Below are positions 50,523-63,012 of a stretch of 64,000 nucleotides of DNA, in pieces; the stretch's first letter is position 1, and the number at the start of each line of letters is the position of its first letter. The stretch comes from the human T2T-CHM13v2.0 reference genome, Homo sapiens. Below the pieces are notes generated by a model. The model made no database searches and was not told where the DNA came from. It saw only the letters and a program-made list of their open reading frames with translations. The translations under genes and the position numbers were made by a program. The stretch is taken from the NCBI RefSeq assembly GCF_009914755.1, contig NC_060935.1, one strand, 5' to 3'.

Positions 50523-51124
50523 CCCACTAAAGACACGTCCTGCCAGACTTTCCTCATTTCCTTAACAGCATTACCAGGGAAGCAAGTAATGGTCAAGCCT
50601 TCCTGCAAGGGTGCACCTCCCTCAGCCAGAACCTCCTCAGATCAGGGGCCTCCTCAGGTAAGCCCATGACCAGGTGGAATAGCCTGGCTGGGGATGCATC
50701 TCTACCAGACCAAGTGGACTCTGTCTCAAAGACATGGAATCTTCTCCAAAGACCTCCAGCACATATCAGGAAAGAGGCTGGGGTCTCACGAGAATGCAGA
50801 GCAGGATCATCTGAACGTTGATCTGGTTTGCTTTCCCTTATTTCCTCTGAGTCCTCTAACCGAGATCAGACTTAAGTCAACACCAGAAATCAACAGACCA
50901 TCAGTGCCAGGTCATGGATGAAGCAAAACAATCGCATGGAACTGGTGGGACCTTGTATAAACAATTCAGGTTTCATGGAGGAAACTAAGACCCAGAAAAG
51001 GGAGGCATTAGTTGCCCAAATATACTCCATGAGGTGGAAGCAGAAATGGGCTCAGCGTTCCCACTACGTGAAGTTGGGATAAACATAAGGAGCAAAGGTC
51101 AAACTCTATCGCTTGATTAAGGAG

Positions 51125-51235
51125 TCAGCCATCAGGACTGTGCAGCTTGGAAAACTCTATGGGGTACCATTCACATTGTAGTCTACCACTAGAATTGTAT
51201 AGAACACACCCTTTGCCCTATACCGGGCAGCCGTG
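51125..51235. mobile_element. MER91A-like MITE
   Basis: AACTCTATGGGGTACCATTCACATTGTAGTCTA..AGAATTGTA..GGCAGCCGTG. Confidence 0.55.
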
Positions 51236-51989
51236 ACAGTAGCGTGAAGTGCCACGTCTAGGGATTGCAAAAATGTCACTGGGGTAAGTCGCCAACATGG
51301 CACCGGTAACTCAGGTTTCCAGGGGCAATTATGCAATAGATAAAACTCACAAAAAGTGAGTTCGTCTCACTTCTGTGCAAGATAGTGCCCTTGAGTAAAA
51401 GTAGAACTAAATACAAAAATCTAACTTCTCACTGGCTCCAGTTTCCTACCTCTGTTGAGTATTTTTGCGTTGCAAATGAAGTTGTGCCATGCAGCTACAG
51501 ACCATGCAACTGCAAACCAAACTTGCATGATGCCAGCTGCTGGCTAAAATTCTGAAAACAGGAAAGCAGGATACAGCGCTATTTGCAGGGAACAAACATT
51601 TCATGATATGTCAATGTACACTACCATTATCTTTAGCTAACAGGAGTGGCTAATGCTATCCAATTATGAGCAATAGAAAAATGTGCAGTAAACTACAATC
51701 CCAAACAAGTTCAAATGTTATGCTCAGTGCATATGATAGCCTATAGAACATTTTTTAAAGGTGTACAGATCCTATTACTAGAAAATCCATTTTTCTATCT
51801 TCAACAAATAAATGTTGAAAATGTTGAACAAATATCTCAAGAATATTAGATAGAAGAGGTGCCATAACATTAGTCTGCCCAGGAGGCCCATGGGTCTCAG
51901 TGAGGCTCCCATGCCAGGCCTTGGGTCTTTCCTAGACAGTCTCAGGACACGGGACACTGGACACTGGATGGCCCTATGAGGTTTCTCAG

Positions 51990-52190
51990 TCTAGCTGTCT
52001 TTATGCTGTTTTAAGGAACTCCAGGGTGTCACAGAGGTGCCTCCAGATCCTTGCAGGTAGAAGAGTCTCTGAGTCTCATTCCTGTTTAACAGGAAGATTG
52101 CCATTTAATGTTTCAGTATTGGAGTTTTATGTTATATTCATTTTTAAATGGTTATGGTGGGTTTTTTATATGCAATAATTATTGCTCTAA
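51990..52190. mobile_element. MER103C-like MITE
   Basis: CAGGGTGTCACAGAGGTGCCTC..TATTGGAGTTTTATGT..TTCATTT. Confidence 0.5.
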
Positions 52191-52199
52191 GGTAGTACC

Positions 52200-52540
52200 C
52201 GCATTTTTAAAAGCATAAACCCTACAATTAGAGAGCTTGGATTCAACTTTTGTCTCAGCCACTTATTGGCTGTGTGACCTTGGGGAAATTACTCAATGTC
52301 TTAAATTACCTAATTTCTCTGGGTCCTGCCTATGGAAGAAGCCTCCTTCAGAGCTGTCAGGGAACTCAGCTGGAAGGGCCCTGTCCCCACACAGCTCTGG
52401 ACCCAACACTGTGCCTCAGTTTCCTCATCTGAAAAATAGGGATAAAAATATCTCCCTCCTAGGGTTGTTGTGAGGATCAGATGAGTTGTACTTTAAAGAC
52501 ACACAGAACGCTGTGTGGCACACGCTGAGCACTCGGTAAC
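52200..52540 (+). mobile_element. MIR SINE interrupted by a ~90-bp templated insertion
   Basis: GCCACTTATTGGCTGTGTGACCTTGGGGAAATTAC..TCTCT | insert | CTGTGCCTCAGTTTCCTCATCTGAAAAATAGGGATAA..AGGGTTGTTGTGAGGAT. Confidence 0.88.
52316..52402 (+). repeat. Direct copy of 55721-55807
   Basis: 87 bp with 6 mismatches counted by hand. Confidence 0.92.
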
Positions 52541-54402
52541 TGTCAGCTTCTGTGGCTATCAGTTTGCATCCCTACTATATGGAAGGGGAATTGGGGACCC
52601 AGAGAAGCAAAGCAATGGCATCTGAGGTTGCTGGGATTACAGCCCAGTTCCTTTGACTCTGAGCAAGGTACTCTCATGCCACATGGCTGGCACTCATTAC
52701 CATCTAGCCACCAAGAGGATGCTCCAACATACCTGGTGATCACAGCTGGTCCGTGTACATCCACTGAGTTGACATTTCCCCAGCTTGAAGCAGAAGCTGA
52801 TTATTTGTCAAACTCAACTGAAGAACGAATTCAGCTGCGAGTGTTTTTGAGGTATTAGAAATGTCCCCAAAGTGGAACTGTATGATGGAAACTGAAGGCA
52901 GTGAGGCAGGGGTGGATGGGCACGCATCTCTGCCACCTGCCTTCACCAGTGTCAGTCAGGGCCAACCTTCCTGGATAAGCTCCCCACACACATATCCTCC
53001 TTCTGCCACAAGATGTTTAGAAAATACCATCGCCCCTGGATTCTCAGATCCCCATTTCTTTTTTACATTGTAATGTTTTTGAAATGGTGATTGATGGTGA
53101 ATCTTATGATCAAGGTGTACTCTTAATGTGGTAGGGTTTTTTTCTCCCCCTCTGAAAAATGATGATTAAATCAATGACAGGTCTTGCAATAGAGAAAAGG
53201 CAATACCTTGTAATAGATGCAATGGGATCCTTGATTTTCTCTAGAAAAAGACAAGTGAGGAAAAAAATGGCTAAAGTCCTACTGCTGAATGCTTGCAAAT
53301 GCCTTAGTGTGTGTGCTTCACATTTGTGCAAGGTATCAGGCAGGGTGAGGCTGGGCTCTGCGGAGGGCACAGCGCTTGTCCCTGCAGGTGGAGCCTGGGT
53401 GTGCCCAAGGCCTGAGGCAAGCTGCACAGGAATAGCCCTGCTTCATGCTTGGAGTCAGGCAGCATTTCCACCCTTCTTTAGAAGCATCAGGGATGGAAAG
53501 TCCAGCCCAGGCTCAGAGTTTCCTGGCTGGGAGCCCCTGCAGCCAGAGGGCTGGGATAAAGCTCCCCTCTTCTGACGCACTGCTGGATTTCCACAGCTTC
53601 CCTGGCCAGGAAAGCACTTTGCAGGTGGGGGAAAGTGGCAACCCTTCCTGCCTCTTCATCTTGGGTCTCAGAGAGTAAGAGCTTAGCTCAAGGGACTTTG
53701 TTTATAGAGAAAATAATATCTGCACTCCAGGAGGAGTGGTTACTGGAGTCCCCACTTACTGTCCTGATGCTCAAGGGCAGCACCACTTCTCACCTCTAGT
53801 CCAGAGTTTCTCCCCACCTTGCCAGAGAGGCTGCACAGCACAGGAGTGAGCACCATAGCCTGCCAGAGCTCCAGCCCCAACTCAACCACTTCAGAAACGG
53901 TGTTTCACCATGCCTCTGCTTCCTCATTTGGAAAATGGAGGTAATAAATAACAGCACCTCCTTCACAGGCTGTTAAGAGGGAAGTAGATTAGTTAATATA
54001 CGTGAAATTCTAGGAATGTGGCCCAGCACCTATCAAGCTGTATTTAAGTGCCAGTATGGAGATTTGCTGTTTGCCTGGCAAACTACTATCCACTCTTTGA
54101 AAATTCAATCCAATAGTCACCTCCAAGAAGCCTCTTCCGACCACCCCCTCCACTGTCACATTCTCCTCTAGCCACCTCTCTTCCCCAGGTAAATATGTGG
54201 GAGTGAGCTTGGGGGAAAGGGGAGAAGGGTGCCTAGTCTCTCCATCTACTGTTTCCATCACACCCCAACTGTCTGCTTCTTTCTCTTGTTAGACAGGGAG
54301 CTTTCTAATAGCAGGGCTGAGTCTTGGTCATCTCTGTTTCCCCAGTGCTTAGAAGAGGACCTGACACCATCTACAATCTCATGAGTGTTTAAGGCATGGA
54401 GA

Positions 54403-55546
54403 GGGATGGGATAGGATGGGATAGAATAGAATGGGATATGATGGGATGGGATGGGATAGGACAGAATAAAATGGGATAGGATGGGATAGGATGGGATGGG
54501 ATGGAATAGAATGAGACATGATGGGATGGGATGCGATGGGATGGGATGGGATGAGATAGAATAGAATGGGATATGATGGGATGGAATGGAATAGAATGAG
54601 ATATGATGAGATAGGATGGAATGGAATGGGGTATGATGGGATGGGATGGGATAGGATGGAACAGAATGGGATATGATGGGATAGGATGGAATAGAATGAG
54701 ATATGATCAGGTGGAATAGAATGAGATATGATGGGATGGGGTGAAATAGAATGATATGATGGGATGGTGTGGAACAGAATGGGATATGATGGGATGGATG
54801 GGATGGAATAGAATGAGATACAATGTGATGGGATAGAATAGAATGGGATATGATGGGATGCGATGGAACAGAATGAGATATGATGGGATGGTGTGGAATA
54901 GAATGGGATATGATGGAATGGGATAGGATAGGATGGGATGGGATGGGATAGGATGGGATGGAATAGAATGGGATATGATGGGCGGGATGGAATGGAATAG
55001 AATAAGATACAATGGGATGGGATGGGATAGAATAGAATGGGATATGATGGGATAGGATGGAATAGAATGAGGTATGATGGGATGGGGTGGAACAGAATGG
55101 GATACGATGGGATGGGGTGGAATAGAATGAGATATGGTGGGATGGGGTGGAATAGAATGGGATATGATGGGATGGCGTGGAATAGAATGAGATATGATGG
55201 GATGGGGTGGAATAGAAAGAGATATGGTGGGATGGGGTGGAATAGAATGGGATATGATGGGATGGCGTGGAATAGAATGAGATATGATGGGATGAGGTGG
55301 AATAGAAAGAGATATGATGGGATGGGGTGGAATAGAATGGGATTTGATGGGATGTATGGGATGGGATAGAATGAGATATGATGGGATGGGTGAGATAGAA
55401 TAGAATGGAATATGAAGGGATGGGATGGAATAGAATGAGATATGATGGGATGGGATGGAATAAAATGAGATATGATGGGATAGGTTGGGATTCAATAGAA
55501 CAGGATATGATAGGATGGGGTGGGATGAGATGGGAGGTGATGGAAT
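54403..55546. repeat. GGGAT/GGAAT/AGAAT pentamer-based tandem repeat with a 30-bp higher-order unit
   Basis: Ten in-register 30-mers like GATGGGGTGGAATAGAATGGGATATGATGG at 55051-55350. Confidence 0.95.
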
Positions 55547-55720
55547 GAAACAGAGTAGTTGTGACAAGATCTCTTCAAATCACAATAGAGACACTTGCTC
55601 AAAGCAGATTCAGAAAGACAAAAATATCCTTAATGTGGAAGGCAATTCACCCATTGGTGCCCAATGTCTGTAAGGCTGGGAACGTGCAGATCTCCTTGGT
55701 GACATCAGACCAGTGTAAGC

Positions 55721-55807
55721 TCTCTGAGTCCTGCCTATGGAAGAAGCCTCCTTCAGAGCTGTCAAGGAGTTCAGCTGGAAGGGCGCTGTCCCCACACAGC
55801 TCTAGAC
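55721..55807 (+). repeat. Probable donor of the 52316-52402 insertion
   Basis: TCTCTGAGTCCTGCCTATGGAAGAAGCCTCCTTCAGAGCTGTCA..GCTGGAAGGGC.CTGTCCCCACACAGCTCT. Confidence 0.88.
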
Positions 55808-56539
55808 ACAGCCCCTCTGGCTACAGGCATCATGGCAGGTGTGGTTGTGCAGGATAAGGAGGGCAGCTGACCACACAGGGTACTGACCCCAGCCCAGCAG
55901 TCATGGGTAGCTCTGTATGCCTGCCTGCCTTACCAGGGCTGAAACAGTCCATTTTCTTGGGCCCTCAGACCCCACTGGGCCTCCAGGGAGCAGAATTACT
56001 GAGATTCCTGCCAGACCCTTTTTGAGGAATCGCTCTTCTAGCCCTCTTTCTGGGAGAAAGGTGTTGTTTGGCAGAATTGCCACAACTCTGCCACTGGGGA
56101 GTGGCAAAGCCTACTGCTTGGCTGCCCCAGGGTCTTGTCCTGCAGAGGCCCCTTGGTTCACACTTCTGCCATGGAAAACTCATTTTATTTAACCTTTTCT
56201 TTCTTTGATGGCATTTTAACGAAAAAGTCACTTAAGACCTGCAGTGAAAACTATATTTTACTAGAACAATGAATAACCCAAATACCATTTGCCTTTTCTT
56301 ATCAATTCTTGGTTCATTAATCATCTTTATTAAAAATCCATGAGAAACAGCAGCAGCAGAAACTGCGAGGCGCCTTTTTCAGGGAGCTGAGAAGGGAGGG
56401 GAGGGAAAAGGGAAATAAACTCCCTCTGAGCCTAGCCACCTTCTCTTAATAGAAATCCAGGAGGCCTTTCCCTACCTTCCACTCGCAACGCCACCCAGGC
56501 AAATCCATATTCCAGAACAGAAAACCAACACTTCTCCAA

Positions 56540-56770
56540 ATGAAGCACTGTGCTGTAGGGAAAGGAAGGGATGTGAAATCATATAATTTTGGATTCAAAT
56601 GCTGAATTACCATGTATAAGCCAGGTGACCTGGGGAAGTCACTTAAGCATTGTGACACTCAGTTTCCCAGTCTGCAAAATGGGTATAATAATGCCTGCTT
56701 CAAAGGATTGTGGTAAGGATTGAGTGAGAAAGCAAATGTGAAAATGCCTAGCAGAGTCAGCTAAAAAACA
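56540..56770 (+). mobile_element. MIR SINE
   Basis: GTGACCTGGGGAAGTCACTTAA..CTCAGTTTCCCAGTCTGCAAAATGGGTATAATAATGCCT..GTAAGGATTGAGTGAG. Confidence 0.85.
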
Positions 56771-57277
56771 GATGTCAAGGAAAGGCTCGTTGACCTCATT
56801 AATTCATCCCAAAAGTATACAGCTGAGGAAACACTTTCTGGTCCAGCTTTAGTGCAGAACTGTGCCCAGCGATCTTCCCCAAAGTCTTGCAGGTGTCATG
56901 GGTGTGGTTTCCCAGGGAAACAGGTCCTGCTTCCAGAAATCCTGGGTTCCCAAGCAGTGAGGCAGGGAGTGGCCCATTGGGCAGAGCCAACAAGGGGCAG
57001 GCTGCCTACTTGGAAAGCAAAGACGAGAACCGGGCAGGGGAATTAATAGTAATGACCACCACACACCCTCCCATTTCACCTCACCACAGATCCACAGGAG
57101 GACAGGTATTATTACCTCTGCACCCTGACCAAGTAGCAGTGGCTCACAGGGGTGAAGGGACCTGCCCACTGTCACACAGCGAGTGAATGCAGGGCAGGGC
57201 TCTAGCCAGGCCTTCCGAGCACTCCATAAACCACACTCCTAACCCTTTCTCTTTACTAAAGGTGTGGGATTGCTCCC

Positions 57278-57696
57278 TGCATTAGTTTGCTAGTGCTGTC
57301 CTAACTAAGTAGCACAGACTGGGTGCCTTCAACAACAGATATTCATTCTCTCACAGTTCTGGGAGCTAGACGTCCGCAATCAAGGTGCCAGCAAGATTGG
57401 TTCCTTCTGTGGGCTGTGAGGAAGGATCTGTTCCAGGCTCTCTCTTTGGCTTCTGGCTGGCTGTCTTCTTGTGTCTCTTCACTTCATATGCCCCTAGTGT
57501 GTGTCTGTCTGCGTGTCCATGTTTCCCCTTTAGATGTGCACACCCGTCATATTGGATTGGGGCCCACCCCAATGACCTCATTTTCACTTGATTTGTTCTA
57601 TAAAGTTTCTATCTCCAAATAAGGTTACATTCTGAGGTATTAGGGGTGAGGACTCCAAAATATTGTTTTAGGGGAGACATGATTCAACCCATAATA
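57278..57696 (-). mobile_element. MLT1B-type MaLR solo LTR, full length
   Basis: ATTAGTTTGCTAG..CTCACAGTTCTGG..ATCAAGGTG..CATATTGGATTGGGGCCCACCC.AATGACCTCATTTT..ATTCAACCCATAATA; perfect TSD CTCCC (57273-57277, 57697-57701). Confidence 0.9.
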
Positions 57697-59199
57697 CTCC
57701 CCTAGACCCTGGACCTTCAAGTACACAGAACTGGGGCTTCAGGAGTTGTCCTAGCAACACCCACCACCATCACCATCAAACCTGCCTCCTACCCCAGCAA
57801 CCCCATGGCACAGCACAATTTCAAGGCCCCACATGGACGTCTGCAAATAGCAAAGCAAGTCAGCAGAGGAGCAAACAAAGTATTACATATTATGAAATTC
57901 CGTAGGGAGAAAGGCTCAACCACGCATTAAGTTCCTCCAAACACAAAGTGCTCTGCCTTCAATCCCCATTTTAATGATGCTAACTGAAGGCTGAGAGAGG
58001 CTATTTAACCCAGGTCACGTGGAGGAAAGTGGCAAAAAAGACTTGAACTGGGGTCTGCCTAGCTCGAGGCCTGGGCTTTCCCTTCCCATCACCCTGCCTC
58101 AGGCTTCATTCAGCACCCCCACAGCCCTCAAGTTCACAGATCGGAAGAGACTCCCAGGAACTACATGCTTCCAACATGTGCTCTTTCTCTCCGTGCCTTC
58201 TACAATTTGCCAACTTGGTCCTGACGTTTTGTGCTTCATGGCTTCCCTATATACTTCCACCCCCACCCTGCAAACAAGACTCCTCCAGCCCAGGAGGTGA
58301 CCCCCCACCACACCCCACAGAGTGCCCTCAAACAGTGGAGGAGCAGCTGCTTGCAGTGGGCCCAGCTGCCTGGCGCAGTCCAAATGTGTCCTCCCCAAGC
58401 CATAATGTGGCTGTTCACCTTGCACCTCCCCGGATCAAGAGACTTGGCTCTTCCTGGCTTTGTTCTCATAGGGCAATTTCAGCTCCATCTGCAGTCTTTT
58501 CTTTCCGGAAGCTTTGCTCCAGTCATCTAAGTAAGGCTTGTTGGTAGAGGAACAGCCGAGATCTGGACAGACAGGGTCTGCTGCCTTTAACTGCATTACT
58601 CTGAAGGTGGCTTCTGGATGCCTTCCAGCTGGGAGTCTCACCATGAAGGGCCCCACAAGTAGTTTCCAACTTGTGAGTTTGAACACTTAAGCTGAAAAAG
58701 GATTTAAATGCTCACATTTAACTGACATTCACAGTGTCTTCTAGGTGCAAACAGAGGGCTGTATCATCTCATCTGACTATCACTCCATCCTCATGTCACA
58801 AGTGAGGAAACTAAGGCTCAAAGCCTAAGGCTAGCTTGTGGTTGCTGGTGGGGGCCCCACAGCCGGCAAGTGGGATTCAAACCCAGGCTTCCCAACGCCA
58901 AGTCTAACACTCTCTCCTCCCAGCCCTGCCTCCCTAGCACCACACTTTTGTGGAAACTATTCTGAGAAATCAAAGCAGCTCTTTTCTATCCAGAACTATA
59001 AATATCCAGAGAGAGGGAGACGAGATGAGAAAACAGATATCCTTTCCCAGGATTTGGGAGCAAATTTTTGCAAAGCTCCCCAAAGCATTTTGAGTTCTGA
59101 AAGCAAGAAACTGTTGATAGAGGAAAAAATGCAGAGAGAAGGATATAAAGAGCTATGCTGATCTGACATGATGGCTTGCTCCAACGCCCTAAAAACCAG

Positions 59200-59435
59200 C
59201 AACGATCAACTAGATGCTGATTACTAGTGAGGCACCATGCTAAATGAATGTCAGCTTGTTTAACTCTTACAAGAGCCCAGTGAGTTACGTACTGATCTTA
59301 ACCCCATTTTACAGTTGAAGGAACTTGAGCATAGAGAGGTAGAACAACTTTCCCAAGGCCAGAGAGTTTATAAGCTTCCACGCTAGAACATGTGACTGCA
59401 AGTCCCGGGTCCATAACCACTGTGCTATACTGCCT
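59200..59435 (-). mobile_element. MIR SINE
   Basis: CCCCATTTTACAGTTGAAGGAACTTGAG..CCATAACCACTGTGCTATACTGCCT. Confidence 0.8.
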
Positions 59436-59951
59436 TCACCTGAAGGCTCATCTTAAGAGATATGCACCTGACTCTCTGTCAAGCCTCCCCTTCAGGTCCT
59501 AGAATGACAGGCACATACATCCCTGGGAGTCTACATTCTGCTGGCAACTCCAGCTGAGAACCCAAATCCCCGGAAGGATTCCAGGCAAGTGCTCACTCAG
59601 AAGAGCAGAACTAGAATGCACATAAAATAGCTCCATCACATGAGACCCCCCTGGGTCTTCTCATCCATGCCTCCCTTCTTTTCTTCCCCATGGCCCTATG
59701 CATTTTATCTGCCTTATTTGAGGGCTGAAAGAGTCATTTGCCTCAAAGGCAAACCTGAAAACTGTCAGAGCTCATCAGCACGGTGGCAATGCAGGCAGCC
59801 CCCAATTCCAGAACAAATTGGTAGCTAATGATGTTGGTTGGAATTTAATACCAACTTATCTATGAAAACCCTGCTAACCCAAGAAGTATCCAGCCAGTCA
59901 ACCCACACAGCACATTTGCCTAGACTATCCCTGGTCAACCTTTACTCTAGG

Positions 59952-60140
59952 TTGTGCTGTTGGTAGGCACTAGCCACACATGGCTATTTAAATTAAATAT
60001 GTTAATTACAATTAAATAAGTCAAACTAGCTACATTTCAAGTGTTCATAAGTGGCCTGTGTCTGCTCGATACCATAGTGAACAGAATAGGTCTAGAACAT
60101 CTCCCTCCCCACAGAATGCTTGCTCTATTGGACAGCCCTG
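59952..60140 (-). mobile_element. MER3 hAT-Charlie MITE
   Basis: CACTAGCCACACATGGCTATTTAAATT..CTAGCTACATTTCAAGTG..CTATTGGACAGCCCTG. Confidence 0.8.
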
Positions 60141-60794
60141 ATCTAGACCCTAACCCCAAACTCCAGCACTGCAGAAGATAATATATTCCTTCACAGGTTA
60201 AACTCGGGGTGCCAGGGATACACCACTGCTCCCAGGGGAAATTAGTGAACACTGCAAGTGACTGGAAAGGGGCTGTGGAACCACCAGCTCCCAGTATGTA
60301 CACTGGTTCTGACACTTCCTAACCATAAGACCATCACTGTTTGCCTCCACTGCCTCATCTGGAGCATGGGGACAGTGCCCTGTTCCCAGAGGTCTATAAG
60401 GGTCAAGTGAGATGATGCTCAGCACACTCAGTGCTCCTTCTGTCGCCTGCTAATGCTACCTGCCACATAGGGGTGGCTGGGATCCCCAACTCTAAGCAAT
60501 CACCAAATGATTACCACAGTCTGGAAAAGAGTGGTGAAGGGCTGGAACAGGACTGGCGGTGGCAGAGAAGCAGTGGTGGGAAGGGTTCTGGTATGCCTGT
60601 GGCTTCAGTAGTCCACCCTGCTTTCTTCCATCTCTCATTTTGGTTCCTGCATTAGATTGATCTAAGGCCTCTAAGCATGAGGGTAAGTGCCCCAAATGCA
60701 AGCACTGGGAAAGGAAGGAGCAGAAGAAAAAGGAGGCTGGAAATTCCACAAGATGGTCCTAAGAATAGGAGAGGAGCCCCTGCACCATGGAGGA

Positions 60795-61200
60795 ATCCAT
60801 TCATTCATTCAGTAAACAATGGCTGAGCATTTTAGGACCTTATATTAGGCACCAAGGAGACACAGATGAATAAAACATGGACCCTGCCCTCAAGGCCTCC
60901 ACAAACTAGTGGGTGAGACTAACAGAAAATAGATCAATGCACTTGTGTGGTCAGTGCTACAACATCAGAAAATCCAGTCGGTCTTGGGAGCTTAGACAAC
61001 CAGATGGTGGGTAAAGGGGTCTTGAGAACAGGAAGTTAAAAAGGTTTTGGAGGTTTCCAAGAGATGGTGCTTGCACTAAATCTTTAAGACAGTGTAGAGA
61101 AGTGTTTTGAGCAAAGGAAACCGCAGGAACAAAGAACAAGGATATGGCACCTAAATACTCATGTCACTAGGTAGTTCCATAGAGCTGGGACCTTACAGGG
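60795..61200 (-). mobile_element. L2 LINE 3' end
   Basis: CATTCATTCATTCAGTAAACA..CTGAGCA..CAGATGAATAAAACATGGACCCTGCCCTCAAGG. Confidence 0.8.
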
Positions 61201-61299
61201 AATTGATGAGAGATATGGATGGAGCATGCAGAACATAGGAAACCTGTTGTCATTTGTATGTAAAGAATGTTCATAAGTTAGGGATCACATATATTTTTT

Positions 61300-61950
61300 T
61301 AAATTAAAAACATATGCAAAGCATGAGCCTTGATTAGATACTGGATTACACAAACGTTAATGCACAGGTTGGGAAACTTTTTCTTAAAGAGTCAAATAGT
61401 AAAATATTTTAGACTTTGAGGAATATACAGCCTTTCTCCCAAATATTCAACTCTGCAGCTGTAGTGCAGAAGCAACCAGAGACAATATGTAAATCAATGA
61501 GTGGGACTGTGCTCCAATAAAACTTTATTTATGAAAACAAGCAGTGAGCAGGATTTGGCCCAAGTAGCCAAGCCTCACTATGAAGAACATCCTTGGGACC
61601 AGCAGGCAACTCTGACTGAGGATTGTAAGTAACACTATTGTATTGACATTAATTCCCCTGAGTGTGATAAATACATTGTGGTTCTGCAGGAGAATATCTC
61701 TGCTCTTGGGAGATGTCTTTCTTGAGAGGTGTCTTCGATCTGCAGAAGTGCTTAGAGGGCTTAATGGCTGTAACTAATTCTCAAATGGTTCAGGGAGATA
61801 ACAAGTATATATAGAAAGAGAGATAAGAGAAATATGGCAAAATGTTAACAATGGTGAGTCTAGGTGAAGGATATACAGATGTTCCTTGCATTATTCTTGC
61901 AACTTTTTTGTAAACTTGAAATCTTTTGAAATAAAAAGTTTGGAAAAAAT
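61300..61950 (+). mobile_element. Ancient L1M (L1MC/L1ME4-type) 3' end, interrupted by MER58A
   Basis: CTCAAATGGTTCAG..ATGGCAAAATGTTAACA..CTAGGTGAAGG..TATTCTTGCAACTTTT..AAATAAAAAGTT. Confidence 0.75.
61363..61575. mobile_element. MER58A hAT-Charlie MITE
   Basis: ATAGTAAAATATTTTAGACTTTG..TCAACTCTGC..GTAGTGCAGAAGCAACCAGAGACAATATGTAAA..CCAATAAAACTTTATTTA..GGATTTGGCC. Confidence 0.85.
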
Positions 61951-63012
61951 AGAAATTTGAGAAAATTCAGAGGAACAAAAGGTCCTGATGAACAGACCAC
62001 TTTGAACCCCTTCCATCCTTCAGACCCCTCTGAAGTGACCTAGCACCGGCTTGTTTTTCTGCAGAGTGGATGTGAGTACATTTTGATTACGTGTTCCACC
62101 TTCCGTGATTAGTTGTGCACTACCAGAGAAGGTCATTTGAATGGGAAAATGAGTGCAGCTTCCTGGATCCTGCTTAGGCCTCTTTTTGCCTGAATTCCTG
62201 CTCTCCTTACCCAACAGCCTGGAGGACAGCTTCCTTTTGACATTCGGGCCTCAGAAGCTATGGAAGAACAAGCAGCCAGCCAGTATGGAATTTCCTGCAG
62301 GAGGTAGACTCAAGAGCAGCCAGGAGCAAAAGCAAGTCCTTAAGTGGCATTTGTCTGATCAAAGGCCACCTGGAAGCCTATAGGTGATTTATGTGAAGGT
62401 TTCTGCTGAGCCAGGAGCTGCTGACAAAGGTTGGCAGCAACACTTTTCCTAGTAACCTAGATCCAAATCTCTAATGATCCCATAGAGTGGGATTTCCTGA
62501 TTCTTGACTTATTAGAAATCAATACCATCAAAAATACTAACACCTCCATTAAAGAAGGCATCCATTGATTTCCACTGGGAAGGTGGAGGCATTTGGAGGC
62601 TCGGTATCTTAAGGAGATTCAGTTTTGATTTTTCATCTGTCAAAGTAATACCATAATGTACAAAACATACAATTTCTGGCAAGTGGTGAGGGGAGGGTAG
62701 TAGGAATGACCATTCCAGCTCTCCTACCCTCCTGCTTCCCTGAAAAGCATAGTCTTAAAGCATTGTTCGTCAGCGGTGCTTCTTGGGCCCCTCTGGGCCC
62801 CAAACCCAGCCAGCCCCACCAGGAGATGCCCATCACTGCCTCTGCAAGCCAGCTCAGGTGCATATCCTCTTATGGAGGAGAAAAATGCAAACAGAAGTTA
62901 CCCACAAGGGATACATGGCATTGTTTGGGAATCAAGGATCTGACTTTCTCAATGTCTCCAAGACTTAGGATCCAGAATTCTTAAAAAGTCTTTCTGTCTC
63001 CAAAGACTATGT

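Noticed and set aside
53379-53397. CTCF-like CCTGCAGGTGGAGC
   Set aside because: Mismatch at a highly conserved C; not distinguishable from chance
54403-55546. CRISPR array or true pericentromeric HSATII/III
   Set aside because: No unique spacers and the context is eukaryotic; the array is short, interstitial and GGGAT-dominated
54707-55567. 286-aa minus-strand ORF (longest in the window) and overlapping 110-aa plus-strand ORF
   Set aside because: Both are translations of the 30-bp tandem repeat, whose unit length is divisible by 3; there is no sign of a gene
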